Part shown: piece after piece, positions 19,608-29,050 of the stretch
Numbering within the stretch: the stretch's first letter is position 1
How the letters are laid out: each line of letters begins with the position of its first letter
Source: an uncultured Gammaproteobacteria bacterium
GTDB taxonomy: Bacteria > Patescibacteriota > Microgenomatia > JALYQM01
Reading direction: 5' to 3'
Assembly: GCA_964535655.1 (NCBI GenBank)
Contig: CAZHTP010000001.1
Coordinates: 98,573 to 162,572, forward strand
DNA length: 64,000 nt
The notes under the pieces: model-generated
Database searches by the model: none
What the model saw: the letters and a program-made list of their open reading frames with translations, nothing else
Told to the model about the DNA's origin: nothing
Made by a program: the position numbers and the translations under genes

Positions 19608-21034
19608 AAAAATACTTGCTTGCTTTAATTATTGGATTAATTCCGCTCGGCATTTTTCTTTTTGGTTCCACTTTAACCAATTATTTTGTTTCAGATGATT
19701 TTATCTGGTTACTGCATGCCAAGCGTGATACATTCTATGATTTCTCACGCTATCTTATTGATTCACAAGGATTTTTTTATCGTCCTTTTACTAAAATGTA
19801 TTTTTTCTGGATGTGGAGATGGTTTAGTGTCGATCCGTATCCATATCATGTTGCTAGTGTATTTTTACACGGAATTAATGCCATTTTAGTATACGTACTT
19901 TCATTTTCTATGCTGCGAATATTCTTCATGAGGACTAAAGATGATAAGAAAGCAATATTCTCCTTTGTGACCGCAATTCTTTTTTTTATTCATCCGATTC
20001 ATCAGGAAAATATACTTTGGATCAGTGCGGTGACTGAGTTGTTCCCTGCGTTGTTCTTGTTGCTTGCGCTTATTATTTTTACCATTACTCGCGATAAGGG
20101 ATTTACCTTATTTTCTGGATTTCTATTCTTTCTTTGTTTCTCACTCGGACTTATGAGTCATGAGTATGTTGTGATTTTTCCCCTCCTGGTTTTTATTACT
20201 CACTATTTTAGTGTTTTACAAAAGAGAGAGCTTGTTTCTTTAAAGCAGCTTATATGTATATTTAGCATGCATAAAAAATTGTACGTGGGGTTATTGATGA
20301 TAGATCTGGTATATCTTGCTTTGCGTGCTCAAGCTAATTCTCATTGGAGTGGTGGGGATTACAGTTATAACCTGGTTAAACTGCCGTTTAATTTTATCGG
20401 GAATTTGACTGGCTATATTGGGCTTGATATTGTTGGAGTGCCGTTTATTTATTTCTACCAGGGTGTTCGGGATATCATGAAGAACAATATGGTGCTTGCC
20501 GGTATTCTGCTTATAGTTTTCTGTTCTGGACTTGTGTATCTTTATTGGTTTGCAATGCGAAATAGAGATTATCAATCCGAGCTGCAGCTAGAGCGGTTTG
20601 TTTTATATATTTTCCTGTTTTTTGTAACTGCCTTACTGCCTTTTTTAGGGTTAGGTGGAATTGCAGAACGATATGTGTATTTGCCTTCTTTTGCAGTACT
20701 ACTTTTCTTGAGTTTATTTTTGTACTGGATTATTCGTTATTTTGAAGTCCCAACCACTAGTTATCTAAAATGGTATTGGTGTATTTTTATTCTCATTGCC
20801 GGGATATATATCTACGCAGCCAAATCTGATCAGTCGGATTGGAAAATAGCAAGTGATTTTGTTTATGGAAGACTTAGTGAATTTAGAACTTATTGTGGAA
20901 AATTTGAATCTAATCAATTGATTAGTAGAGTTTCTCCTCCTAATCGCGTGGGGCGTGCCTGGGTTTTTCAGGTTGGGTATGAACAAGGCGCTAATGTTCT
21001 TTGTGATAAAAATATTAAGATATTATTAAACTAA
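19604..21034 (+). CDS. GT-C-type multi-pass membrane glycosyltransferase (putative)
   Basis: N-terminal TM, then SDDF, FYRP, YH...FLH..N, HPIHQENI.WIS, ERYVYLP, as in GT-C/TMTC-like proteins. Confidence 0.7.
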   Translation: MKKYLLALIIGLIPLGIFLFGSTLTNYFVSDDFIWLLHAKRDTFYDFSRYLIDSQGFFYRPFTKMYFFWMWRWFSVDPYPYHVASVFLHGINAILVYVLSFSMLRIFFMRTKDDKKAIFSFVTAILFFIHPIHQENILWISAVTELFPALFLLLALIIFTITRDKGFTLFSGFLFFLCFSLGLMSHEYVVIFPLLVFITHYFSVLQKRELVSLKQLICIFSMHKKLYVGLLMIDLVYLALRAQANSHWSGGDYSYNLVKLPFNFIGNLTGYIGLDIVGVPFIYFYQGVRDIMKNNMVLAGILLIVFCSGLVYLYWFAMRNRDYQSELQLERFVLYIFLFFVTALLPFLGLGGIAERYVYLPSFAVLLFLSLFLYWIIRYFEVPTTSYLKWYWCIFILIAGIYIYAAKSDQSDWKIASDFVYGRLSEFRTYCGKFESNQLISRVSPPNRVGRAWVFQVGYEQGANVLCDKNIKILLN

Positions 21035-21049
21035 TGCTATACTTTTGCT

Positions 21050-22606
21050 ATGAACAAATATGTCCTCGGTGGAATTCTTTTACTTAGCCTTGTTGCCAGG
21101 TTGTATCATTTTAATAATCCAATGGCTGATTTACACTCTTGGCGTCAGTCGGATACGGCATCGGTTGCTCGAAACTTAGTGCGAAGCAATTTTGATGTAT
21201 TACATCCACAGATTGAAAGCGCTGTCAGTATTGATGGGATAGGTCGCGATAACACCACGCGCTATCATTTTGCTGAGTTTCCGATATATCAGGCAGCTGT
21301 TGCTGCAGTAAGTTATCCAGTTGCACAAATCCATCATGGCACTTTAACTCAAAATGTTGTTTTAGCTGGTCGAATTGTTTCTACTTTCTCTTCGCTTATT
21401 GCGATTATTGGGCTTTACTTACTCTGTACTCGATATTATTCAGATAAAGTGGCGTTACTTGCTGCGTTTGTATATGGACTGCTACCGTACAATATTTTTT
21501 GGTCGCGCGCAGTTTTACCGGATAGCATGATGGTGATGTTCTGTCTTTTTATGCTCTATTGGTTCGATGTATGGATTCGGGGTGAAGATGAGCATCATCA
21601 CCGATTGTTAACACTAAAAAGCTGGTCGTTTTGGCTCGCTTTGATTTGTTTTGCCCTGGCGCTACTCCTTAAGGCTTTTGTGCCATTTCTTTTGTTGCCA
21701 GTGGCCTATATTGTATGGAAGCGATTTGGGCTTGCTGCGGTAAAACAGCCAGCTTTATGGATCTTTGCAATACTGGCTGTAATGCCTTTTGTTGGATGGA
21801 GAATATGGATGCAAAATTGGCCATTTTCTATACCAGCTAGTGGATGGCTGTTTGATGGAAATAAAGTTCGGCTCCGCCCTGCTTGGTGGCATTGGATAGT
21901 ACAAGTTCGACTTGACCAATTCATGTTTAATGCAACGGGTCTGTTTTTGATAGGTTTAGGATTGTTCTTCTATAAAGAGATTACCGAAGTGCATTTTCAT
22001 ATCATCAGTAAGAAACGTAAGGACGCTGAAAAATACGTATGGTATTTACCGCTTTGTTTATTATCCTGTTTTATTTATTTAATAGTTTTCGCTACAGGAA
22101 ATACGCAGCATGAATACTACCAACTTCCCATAACTCCATTTGGTTCCATACTTGTTGCCGTGGGTTTTTGGTATTTGTGGAGAAAAATGGGGTCTTATTT
22201 GGAAATGGTAATGCGTAGATTGCTGGCGCTGGCTTTTATTGCAATTACTTTGATGCTTGGATGGTATTCAGTAAGAGATTGGTACATTATTGGCAATCCT
22301 GCTTTAGTAACCGTTGGTGAACGGGCAGACCAAATTCTTCCTAAGAATGCGCAAGTTATTGCCGATTATGGAGGAGATACAACGTTTCTCTATTATGTTA
22401 ATCGGAAGGGATGGAGTGTCCGGGATAAACAGTTGCAGGAAATCATTGATCGTGGTGCTACCGTATATGTTTCGATGCATCGGGACGATTATATAAATAA
22501 ATTGGCAAGGCTCTACAAAGTTATTGATGAAACCCCAGAGTATGTCATGATAGATTTATTGCATCGCAGGGGAGACTGGACAGGAATAAAAGATTACGAG
22601 CTCTAA
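21050..22606 (+). CDS. ArnT/PMT-like GT-C membrane glycosyltransferase
   Basis: WRQSDTASVARN, EFPIYQ, GRIVS, SRAVLPD, HEYYQLP; many TM segments. Confidence 0.75.
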   Translation: MNKYVLGGILLLSLVARLYHFNNPMADLHSWRQSDTASVARNLVRSNFDVLHPQIESAVSIDGIGRDNTTRYHFAEFPIYQAAVAAVSYPVAQIHHGTLTQNVVLAGRIVSTFSSLIAIIGLYLLCTRYYSDKVALLAAFVYGLLPYNIFWSRAVLPDSMMVMFCLFMLYWFDVWIRGEDEHHHRLLTLKSWSFWLALICFALALLLKAFVPFLLLPVAYIVWKRFGLAAVKQPALWIFAILAVMPFVGWRIWMQNWPFSIPASGWLFDGNKVRLRPAWWHWIVQVRLDQFMFNATGLFLIGLGLFFYKEITEVHFHIISKKRKDAEKYVWYLPLCLLSCFIYLIVFATGNTQHEYYQLPITPFGSILVAVGFWYLWRKMGSYLEMVMRRLLALAFIAITLMLGWYSVRDWYIIGNPALVTVGERADQILPKNAQVIADYGGDTTFLYYVNRKGWSVRDKQLQEIIDRGATVYVSMHRDDYINKLARLYKVIDETPEYVMIDLLHRRGDWTGIKDYEL

Positions 22607-22609
22607 AAT

Positions 22610-23863
22610 ATGAAGATATTACTTATTTTTCCTCTCTGTCCGTTGCCTCTTAACTCAGGTGGGCAAATTCGTGTATGGAATATTGCACGGGAACTTCGTA
22701 ATTTTCATATCATCGATCTTGTGTGTTTTATCCGTGATGATGCTGAAAAAAAATATGAAGCCGAATTGAAAACAGTATTCAATTCCGTCACATTTATTAA
22801 ACGGAAAAAGTTGTTTGATCGTTCGATGTTGGTTCAGGGTGGATTATCTGCAATAACTTTTTTTCAATCTAACTTAGAGTTATTATTCTCCGCACTATTT
22901 TCAGGCAGGCCTCTTCTTGGGCATTTATATGATTCTGAGGAAATGCGTGAATACATTCTGAAGGTCGATATCGAAACGAAATACGATCTATTTTATGCTG
23001 AAACTTTTTACGGTATTGCTTCATTAAAGATTATTTTATCTCAGATTAAAACTAAGATCCTCTTACTTGATCAAAATATTGAGTCAGTTGCCTACGAACG
23101 CCAATCGAAACAACAAAAAAATCTTATTGTTCGTATGCTCATGTATTTGGATGTACTAAAGATTAGACGAGAGGAAGAATTCTTTTGGAATTCAGTGGAA
23201 ATGGTTGGCGCATTATCTGATGTAGATAGGAGGTACATTGAGCAGAGAACAAGTAAAAAAGCATTGCTTGTTGAAAATGGTGTTGATAGTGCGTGGTTTT
23301 CTCAAAAAGTTACCGAAAGAGTTACTTCAGAGATCCTATTTGTGGGTACATTTTCCTATTTTCAAAATGTCGATTCCTTAAAATGGTTTCTTGATTCAAT
23401 ATGGCCCCGCATAGTTGTTAAGACTAACATGTCTTTATCGTTGCATATTGTTGGTCGTGGAGCGGATGCTGCCTTGAAAGAATATGTATCGGGATTGGGA
23501 TATACGATCGATGAGTCGGTTGATGATATTCGTTATGCGTTTCAGAGAGCAACGTTGCTTGCGGGACCGATACGGGCTGGAAGTGGAACTAAATATAAAG
23601 TGCTTGAAGCGATGGCCTCAGGGTTACCCGTTCTTACTACGCCTGTTGGTGCCGAAGGGCTTGGAATTACTCCTGGTACAGAAATGCTGGTCGCACAAGA
23701 AGAAGAGCAGTTCGCTGAACTTGCTATACAGCTTTTACAAAATGAAAAACTGCGGGAAACAATTGGCATGGCGGGGTATTTGTTTGTAAAAGAAGCCTAT
23801 GATTGGAAGACGATTGTAAAAAAGTTTGTTATGCAGCTTAATGGTAGTACTTCGTGTCAATAA
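22610..23863 (+). CDS. Glycosyltransferase family 4 (GT-B)
   Basis: [37 protein letters not shown]. Confidence 0.9.
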   Translation: MKILLIFPLCPLPLNSGGQIRVWNIARELRNFHIIDLVCFIRDDAEKKYEAELKTVFNSVTFIKRKKLFDRSMLVQGGLSAITFFQSNLELLFSALFSGRPLLGHLYDSEEMREYILKVDIETKYDLFYAETFYGIASLKIILSQIKTKILLLDQNIESVAYERQSKQQKNLIVRMLMYLDVLKIRREEEFFWNSVEMVGALSDVDRRYIEQRTSKKALLVENGVDSAWFSQKVTERVTSEILFVGTFSYFQNVDSLKWFLDSIWPRIVVKTNMSLSLHIVGRGADAALKEYVSGLGYTIDESVDDIRYAFQRATLLAGPIRAGSGTKYKVLEAMASGLPVLTTPVGAEGLGITPGTEMLVAQEEEQFAELAIQLLQNEKLRETIGMAGYLFVKEAYDWKTIVKKFVMQLNGSTSCQ

Positions 23864-23896
23864 GCGGGTGTTTTAGTATAATGCTCCTAGCGATTT

Positions 23897-24823
23897 ATGA
23901 CAGATATCTCAATTATTATCTTAAACTACAATACTCGTGATTTGCTTGCGCAAACTCTTAATTCGATCAGTCGCGAGCTTTCGGCTGATATTGGTATTGA
24001 GATTATTGTAAGCGATAATGGGTCGACAGACGGATCAGTAGAGATGATCCGAACTAACTTTCCTTGGGTTGGACTCCTTGAGAATAACGCAAACCTGGGT
24101 TTCTCGGCAGGCAATAATCGGGGAGTGCCCATTTCTAAGGGACGATATGTGTTATTCCTTAATTCAGATGTTCAAGTTGTTGGTGATGCGATTCACTATG
24201 TATATACACAAATGGAGGCAGATGCCTCAATAGGAATTGGGACATGTTACGTTGAACTTTCGTCAGGAGGAATTGATCCTGCTTGTCATCGTGGATTTCC
24301 CACTCCATGGCGCGCTTTCTGTTATTATAGCTCATTAGAGAGATTTGCTTCAAAGCTTCCTACTTCGGGGACTGGTTTATTACTGAGAAAATGGCTAGGT
24401 GGATATCATTTACTTGAAAAGCCGCTTGACTGCGCTCATGAGATAGATTCATGTACCGGCGCTTTTTTGCTTGTTCGACGTGATGTAGGGGAGAGTATTA
24501 AGTGGTGGGATGAGGATTTCTTTATGTATGGTGAGGATTTAGATTTTTGTTATAAGGTGAAGGAATTAGGTAAAAAAGTGATGTTTTTCCCACAAGTAAA
24601 AATACTTCACTTTAAACACCAAAGTGGTCTTAAAAAGAACGATTCAGTAGTGAAGGTGGATGTTCGTGCGATTAAACGAAAAACGACGATTGCATTTTAT
24701 GATGCGATGAAGATTTTTTATACTAAGCATTACACCACTAAATATCCAGCCTGGTTAACAGGGTTAGTTTTACTGTTTATTTCCATTAAGAAACAACGAG
24801 CATTACAAAAAATACATTCGTGA
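23897..24823 (+). CDS. Glycosyltransferase family 2 (rhamnosyltransferase-like)
   Basis: SIIILNYNT, DNGSTDGS, NLGFSAGNN, FLNSD, DEDFFMYGEDLD. Confidence 0.92.
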   Translation: MTDISIIILNYNTRDLLAQTLNSISRELSADIGIEIIVSDNGSTDGSVEMIRTNFPWVGLLENNANLGFSAGNNRGVPISKGRYVLFLNSDVQVVGDAIHYVYTQMEADASIGIGTCYVELSSGGIDPACHRGFPTPWRAFCYYSSLERFASKLPTSGTGLLLRKWLGGYHLLEKPLDCAHEIDSCTGAFLLVRRDVGESIKWWDEDFFMYGEDLDFCYKVKELGKKVMFFPQVKILHFKHQSGLKKNDSVVKVDVRAIKRKTTIAFYDAMKIFYTKHYTTKYPAWLTGLVLLFISIKKQRALQKIHS

Positions 24824-24832
24824 AAGGACTGT

Positions 24833-25546
24833 ATGCATCCAATTTTTAAGCGAGTTTTGGTTAAGATGTCTGGGGAAGCATTTTCTGGAGAACAAGATTA
24901 TGGGGTCGATCCAAAATCTCTTGAATATTTTGCTCATGAGTTAAAAAGCATAGCTGACTTAGGGGTTCAAGTTGCTGTAGTAGTGGGTGGAGGGAATATT
25001 TGGCGTGGCGAAGGTAAGGGCAAAGAGCATATGGACCAGGCACAGAGTCATTTTATGGGAATGCTTGCTACAGTTATTAATACGTTGGCGCTGCAGGATG
25101 CGCTTGAACAACTTGAAGTTCCAACGCGAGCAATGACTGCATTGCAAATAGAATCGGTAGCCGAGCCATATATCAGGCGGAAAGCAATTCGTCATTTGGA
25201 AAAGGGTAGAGTAGTGGTGCTTGGCGGCGGAACAGGAAACCCATTTTTTACTACCGACAGTGCGGCAGCGCTTAGAGCTGCTGAGATTCATGCCGAAGTT
25301 CTGTTGATGTCAAAAAATGGAGTTGATGGCGTGTATACAGCAGACCCAAAAATTGATCCGGCTGCAACAAAATTGGATACCCTTGAGTATATGCAAGCAA
25401 TTAACTCTAACTTACGAGTAATGGATACTACTGCTTTGGCATTTGCCAAGGAACGAATGTTACCAATGGTGGTTTTTAATGGTAAAGAGCCAGGCCTTCT
25501 TAAGAAAATTATTATTGGTGAAAAAATTGGGAGTAGAATTAGTTAA
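24833..25546 (+). CDS. pyrH: UMP kinase
   Basis: KRVLVKMSGEA, VVGGGNIWRG, MGMLATVIN, GTGNPFFTTD.AAALRA.E. Confidence 0.97.
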   Translation: MHPIFKRVLVKMSGEAFSGEQDYGVDPKSLEYFAHELKSIADLGVQVAVVVGGGNIWRGEGKGKEHMDQAQSHFMGMLATVINTLALQDALEQLEVPTRAMTALQIESVAEPYIRRKAIRHLEKGRVVVLGGGTGNPFFTTDSAAALRAAEIHAEVLLMSKNGVDGVYTADPKIDPAATKLDTLEYMQAINSNLRVMDTTALAFAKERMLPMVVFNGKEPGLLKKIIIGEKIGSRIS

Positions 25547-25556
25547 TTGATTGGCT

Positions 25557-26675
25557 ATGAAAATTGGAATTGACGCGCGACTTTATATGGAATCGGGTAA
25601 TGGTAGATATTTAAGAAATTTGCTTATACAGTTACGTCTCAACGATCATAAAAATTCGTACGTTGTATTTTGTCTTAAGAAGGATTTTGAAACAATTCGG
25701 AATGTACTCTCGGGTGACAACTGGAAAATTGTGGTTGCTGATTATCGGTGGTATTCTTTTAGCGAACAGTTACTATTCCCTTTTATTTTGTATCGTGAGT
25801 GGGTAGACTTATTGCATTTTCCGCACTTTAACATGCCAGTTTTATATGTAAAACCGTTTGTGGTTACTATTCACGATCTTACTCATTTTGCCTTCGCAAT
25901 GAAACGCGCTTCCACCCATTCTTTTGTTACTTACTATATTAAGCATCAGGCGTACAGTTTTGTTTTCTGGTACGCAATAACATGGAGTAAGAAGATCTTC
26001 ACGGTATCTAGCTATGTGAAGGACGATATTTTGCGTAAGTTTAATTGTGATAAAAATAAGATTATTGTAACGTATGAGTCTGCAGAGAAACCGTTACTTG
26101 TTGCTCAGGATGAAATGAAAGAAGTAGTAAAACGATTAAAAATAAAAGAGCCTTTTTTCCTGTATGTGGGAAATGCGCATCCACATAAGAACATTGAATT
26201 TCTCTTACAATCATTTTCTGAACTACAGAAGTCGGTTTCTCCCGTGCATCTTGTCCTGGCTGGAAAAGAAAATTACTTCTGGACTAAATTACTCGAGTGG
26301 GGAAAAGAGTATAAAATGATATCAAATGTTTCGTATTTGGGTTTTGTACCTGATACTGATTTAGCTGTTCTATATAGTAAAGCAATTGGGTTTGTTTTTC
26401 CTTCGCTTTCAGAAGGATTTGGGTTGCCGGTACTTGAAGCAATGTCGTATGGATGCCCGGTAATTTGTTCTGAATTGACCAGTATTCCTGAGGTTGCGGG
26501 AGATGCGGCGGTTTACATTGATCCAAAAAATATTGATTCTTTAGTTCGCGCAATGCACATGCTGTATTCTTCTTCAGATATTCGTCTTGAGTGTAAACAG
26601 TTAGGTTTTTCTCAAGTTAAAAAATTCAGTTGGGAAGAGATGGGAAAATCTACATTATCCAATTACTTAGGTTGA
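25557..26675 (+). CDS. Glycosyltransferase family 4 (GT-B)
   Basis: [35 protein letters not shown]. Confidence 0.92.
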   Translation: MKIGIDARLYMESGNGRYLRNLLIQLRLNDHKNSYVVFCLKKDFETIRNVLSGDNWKIVVADYRWYSFSEQLLFPFILYREWVDLLHFPHFNMPVLYVKPFVVTIHDLTHFAFAMKRASTHSFVTYYIKHQAYSFVFWYAITWSKKIFTVSSYVKDDILRKFNCDKNKIIVTYESAEKPLLVAQDEMKEVVKRLKIKEPFFLYVGNAHPHKNIEFLLQSFSELQKSVSPVHLVLAGKENYFWTKLLEWGKEYKMISNVSYLGFVPDTDLAVLYSKAIGFVFPSLSEGFGLPVLEAMSYGCPVICSELTSIPEVAGDAAVYIDPKNIDSLVRAMHMLYSSSDIRLECKQLGFSQVKKFSWEEMGKSTLSNYLG

Positions 26676-27370
26676 TTTGGATCTGAACCATTAACATACT
26701 GATCGTAGGGTGTGGTATATCCTTGTCCCTGTTGTTGTCCACCGTTTGATTGTGCCCATCCGGATGTATCTGCTGCTGGTGTGTTGCTGAAGTTGTCTGG
26801 CTGGTATGGAGGGTATGTTGGATTACTTGGTGGTGCTGGCATGGTGTAGTTTGTGCTTTGTTTCTGTCGGCTTAATATAACCCAAACAATTCCAATTATG
26901 AGCAAGATTGTTCCAACCACTGCGCCGATTATTAGTCCGATATTAGAAGCTCCTTTTGTTGCTGGTTTTGGTGTTGGAGATAAAGTGGGGGTTGTTTGAC
27001 CAGGAATATCTATGTCAAATGTTGGTGCAGGTGTTTCAGTTTCTTGCGCTACGGTTGTTGCGGTTACGGTGGGAAACGGTGTGAAAGTTGCTTGTGTTGT
27101 AACTGTTGGAAATGGTGTTGCGGTGGCAATTGGCGTACCGGTTCCATTATCATCTTCGAGTGGCTCGTCGGGTGGCTCTGTAGCGTTAGGATTGGTGGTA
27201 CCAATCACTTCGTCGGAGGGATCAACCGCTCCTGCGAATGCGTTGTCCTTTTTTTGTAGGTTTGCCGCTATTCGAGGAGATTGGCTAATAATTGTACATA
27301 CAAGAAAAATCCCTATTATTGTTAGGGCAATTAAGAGGGTTTTATAGGATTGATCTTCACGTCTGCTCAT
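26663..27370 (-). CDS. Thr/Pro-rich membrane-anchored hypothetical protein
   Basis: Hydrophobic segments near both ends flank a TP-rich region (TATPFPTVT repeats). P/Y/Q-rich tail. Confidence 0.75.
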   Translation of the reverse strand: MSRREDQSYKTLLIALTIIGIFLVCTIISQSPRIAANLQKKDNAFAGAVDPSDEVIGTTNPNATEPPDEPLEDDNGTGTPIATATPFPTVTTQATFTPFPTVTATTVAQETETPAPTFDIDIPGQTTPTLSPTPKPATKGASNIGLIIGAVVGTILLIIGIVWVILSRQKQSTNYTMPAPPSNPTYPPYQPDNFSNTPAADTSGWAQSNGGQQQGQGYTTPYDQYVNGSDPNQPK

Positions 27371-27530
27371 CTGGATTCTATCGTAACACTATCTTTTTCT
27401 GGGAGTCAACTATAGTATTTATGCTTCATTGACGAATGCAAATTCTCTGCGTTACGAGTAGCTCAATTCGCATTCAGTTAGCGACTTTACATATATTATA
27501 TACTAGAAGTATACGAATACTGGAGGAGTT

Positions 27531-28475
27531 ATGATTCACAATGTTATTGTTATTGGTTCGGGGCCGGCAGGTTTGACGGCGGCTCTATATCTTTCACGGG
27601 CAGAATTAAAGCCGTTTGTAATTGCAGGTGGTACTCCTGGTGGTCAGTTAATGATTACGACTGAAGTAGATAATTATCCTGGATTTCCTGAAGGGATTAG
27701 TGGTCCTGAGTTGATGCAACGAATGACTGATCAAGCGAAGCGCTTTGGTGCTGAGTTTATAAATGAAGATGCAACGAAGGTGGATTTTTCGCGTAAAGAT
27801 TCGGATATTTTGAAGGTTTGGGTGGGGGAAACGCTGCATGAATCACGTGCTGTAGTTATTGCTACTGGCGCCAGCGCGATGTGGCTTGGCCTTCCGAATG
27901 AAGCGCGTTTGCAAGGGCACGGTGTGTCTGCGTGTGCAACTTGTGATGGATTTTTCTTTAAGGGAAAAGATATTGCGGTTGTTGGAGGTGGAGATACAGC
28001 AATGGAGGAAGCAACGTTTTTAACTCGTTTTGCTAATTCAGTGACAGTTATTCATCGACGAAGTGAACTTCGTGCCAGTAGAATTATGCAGGAGCGGGCA
28101 AAAAACGATCCAAAAATAAGGTTTATGTTTGATACGGTTGTTGAAGATGTGTTGGGTCAGGATAAGGTAGAGGGGCTAAAACTTAAAAATGTTAAGAGCG
28201 GTGAAACTAGTGATGTGGTTTTCAAAGGACTATTTTTAGCGATTGGCCATAAACCCAATACGGAGATCTTTAGAGAATCGGGTCTTGAATTTGATGGTAC
28301 TGGGTATTTGGTAGGTGAACGTGAGACATGGACGAAACTTGAAGGAGTGTTTCTGGCGGGGGACGTGACTGATCATATTTATCGTCAGGCAGTGACTGCT
28401 GCGGGGAGTGGATGTAAGGCGGCGATTGATGTGGAGCGTTGGTTGGGGGAGGTTAAAACAGAGAGGAATTGGTAG
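27531..28475 (+). CDS. trxB: Thioredoxin reductase
   Basis: IGSGPAGLTAA, GGQL, GVSACATCDG, VVGGGDTAMEEA, FLAGDV, YRQAVTAAG.GC.AA. Confidence 0.98.
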   Translation: MIHNVIVIGSGPAGLTAALYLSRAELKPFVIAGGTPGGQLMITTEVDNYPGFPEGISGPELMQRMTDQAKRFGAEFINEDATKVDFSRKDSDILKVWVGETLHESRAVVIATGASAMWLGLPNEARLQGHGVSACATCDGFFFKGKDIAVVGGGDTAMEEATFLTRFANSVTVIHRRSELRASRIMQERAKNDPKIRFMFDTVVEDVLGQDKVEGLKLKNVKSGETSDVVFKGLFLAIGHKPNTEIFRESGLEFDGTGYLVGERETWTKLEGVFLAGDVTDHIYRQAVTAAGSGCKAAIDVERWLGEVKTERNW

Positions 28476-28483
28476 GTCTCTCC

Positions 28484-28605
28484 CTTTCTCGCTGAATACT
28501 ACGCCGACACGCTTAATGCCTCGTCTTCGCTCGGCATTTAGAAGCTCTGCTCTGCCGTCAGTAGTTTGGCAGAGAAGGTCGGCTTTAGTATTTCAGTCTC
28601 GAAAG
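28484..28605. repeat. Structured intergenic element, copy A (three-way junction)
   Basis: P1 gccgac/gtcggc with extension; P2 gctt-aatgcc/ggcatt-tag-aagc; P3 ctctgcc/ggcagag. Homologous to 38850-38979 and 44760-44880. Confidence 0.8.
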
Positions 28606-28636
28606 CATTCATAAACAATTATCAATTTTTTATATT

Positions 28637-28669
28637 AAAAAACCTCTCTAAAAGAGAGGTTTGTTTTTT
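28637..28669. terminator. Bidirectional intrinsic terminator
   Basis: aaacctctc-taaaa-gagaggttt with A/T runs on both sides, between convergent genes. Confidence 0.75.
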
Positions 28670-28690
28670 GTTCAATGAAAAACAGAAATT

Positions 28691-28885
28691 CTATTCTTCT
28701 GGAACAGTTAATTTATCGTATACGTCTTTACCGACAAATTTTGTTAAGTTTGTTCCATTTACATTAGCGCGAACTGCGTAACGTACCTGATCACCTTTCG
28801 CTGTTTTGCGAACATACTTTGTCTTCTTGATTTGATCGTCTGGGACGTCAACTTTTGATCGAGTTTTAACATTATAGAATTGCAT
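28691..28885 (-). CDS. Small basic protein, possible chromatin/nucleic-acid-binding protein
   Basis: GAAAGGTGGTGA RBS precedes ATG 28885. 64 aa, Lys/Arg-rich (QFYNVKTRSKV...RKTAKG.QVRYAVRA.V.GTNLTKFVGK). Confidence 0.75.
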   Translation of the reverse strand: MQFYNVKTRSKVDVPDDQIKKTKYVRKTAKGDQVRYAVRANVNGTNLTKFVGKDVYDKLTVPEE

Positions 28886-29050
28886 TGATAGTGTCACCAC
28901 CTTTCAAATATTGTTGAGTGTAATTGTGCTCAATGAGAGTACTATACTGGGGAATTTTTTGTAATGCAATAGGGAAGTGAGCTACTTTAACTCAAAGTTA
29001 TAGTACGATATACTTTTGATATATTTATTTCTGTTTATATTGAGGCGTTT

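Noticed and set aside
28484-28605. Assigning the three-copy element to hammerhead, hairpin, twister or HDV ribozymes, or to a simple terminator
   Set aside because: No CUGANGA/GAAA core or other catalytic consensus that I recognise on either strand. There is no U-tract, and a separate true terminator lies at 28637-28669.
28976-28996. HAIR-like site AGTGAGC-N7-ACTCAAA upstream of the prenyl synthase
   Set aside because: Several mismatches, a single copy, and no heat-shock gene context.
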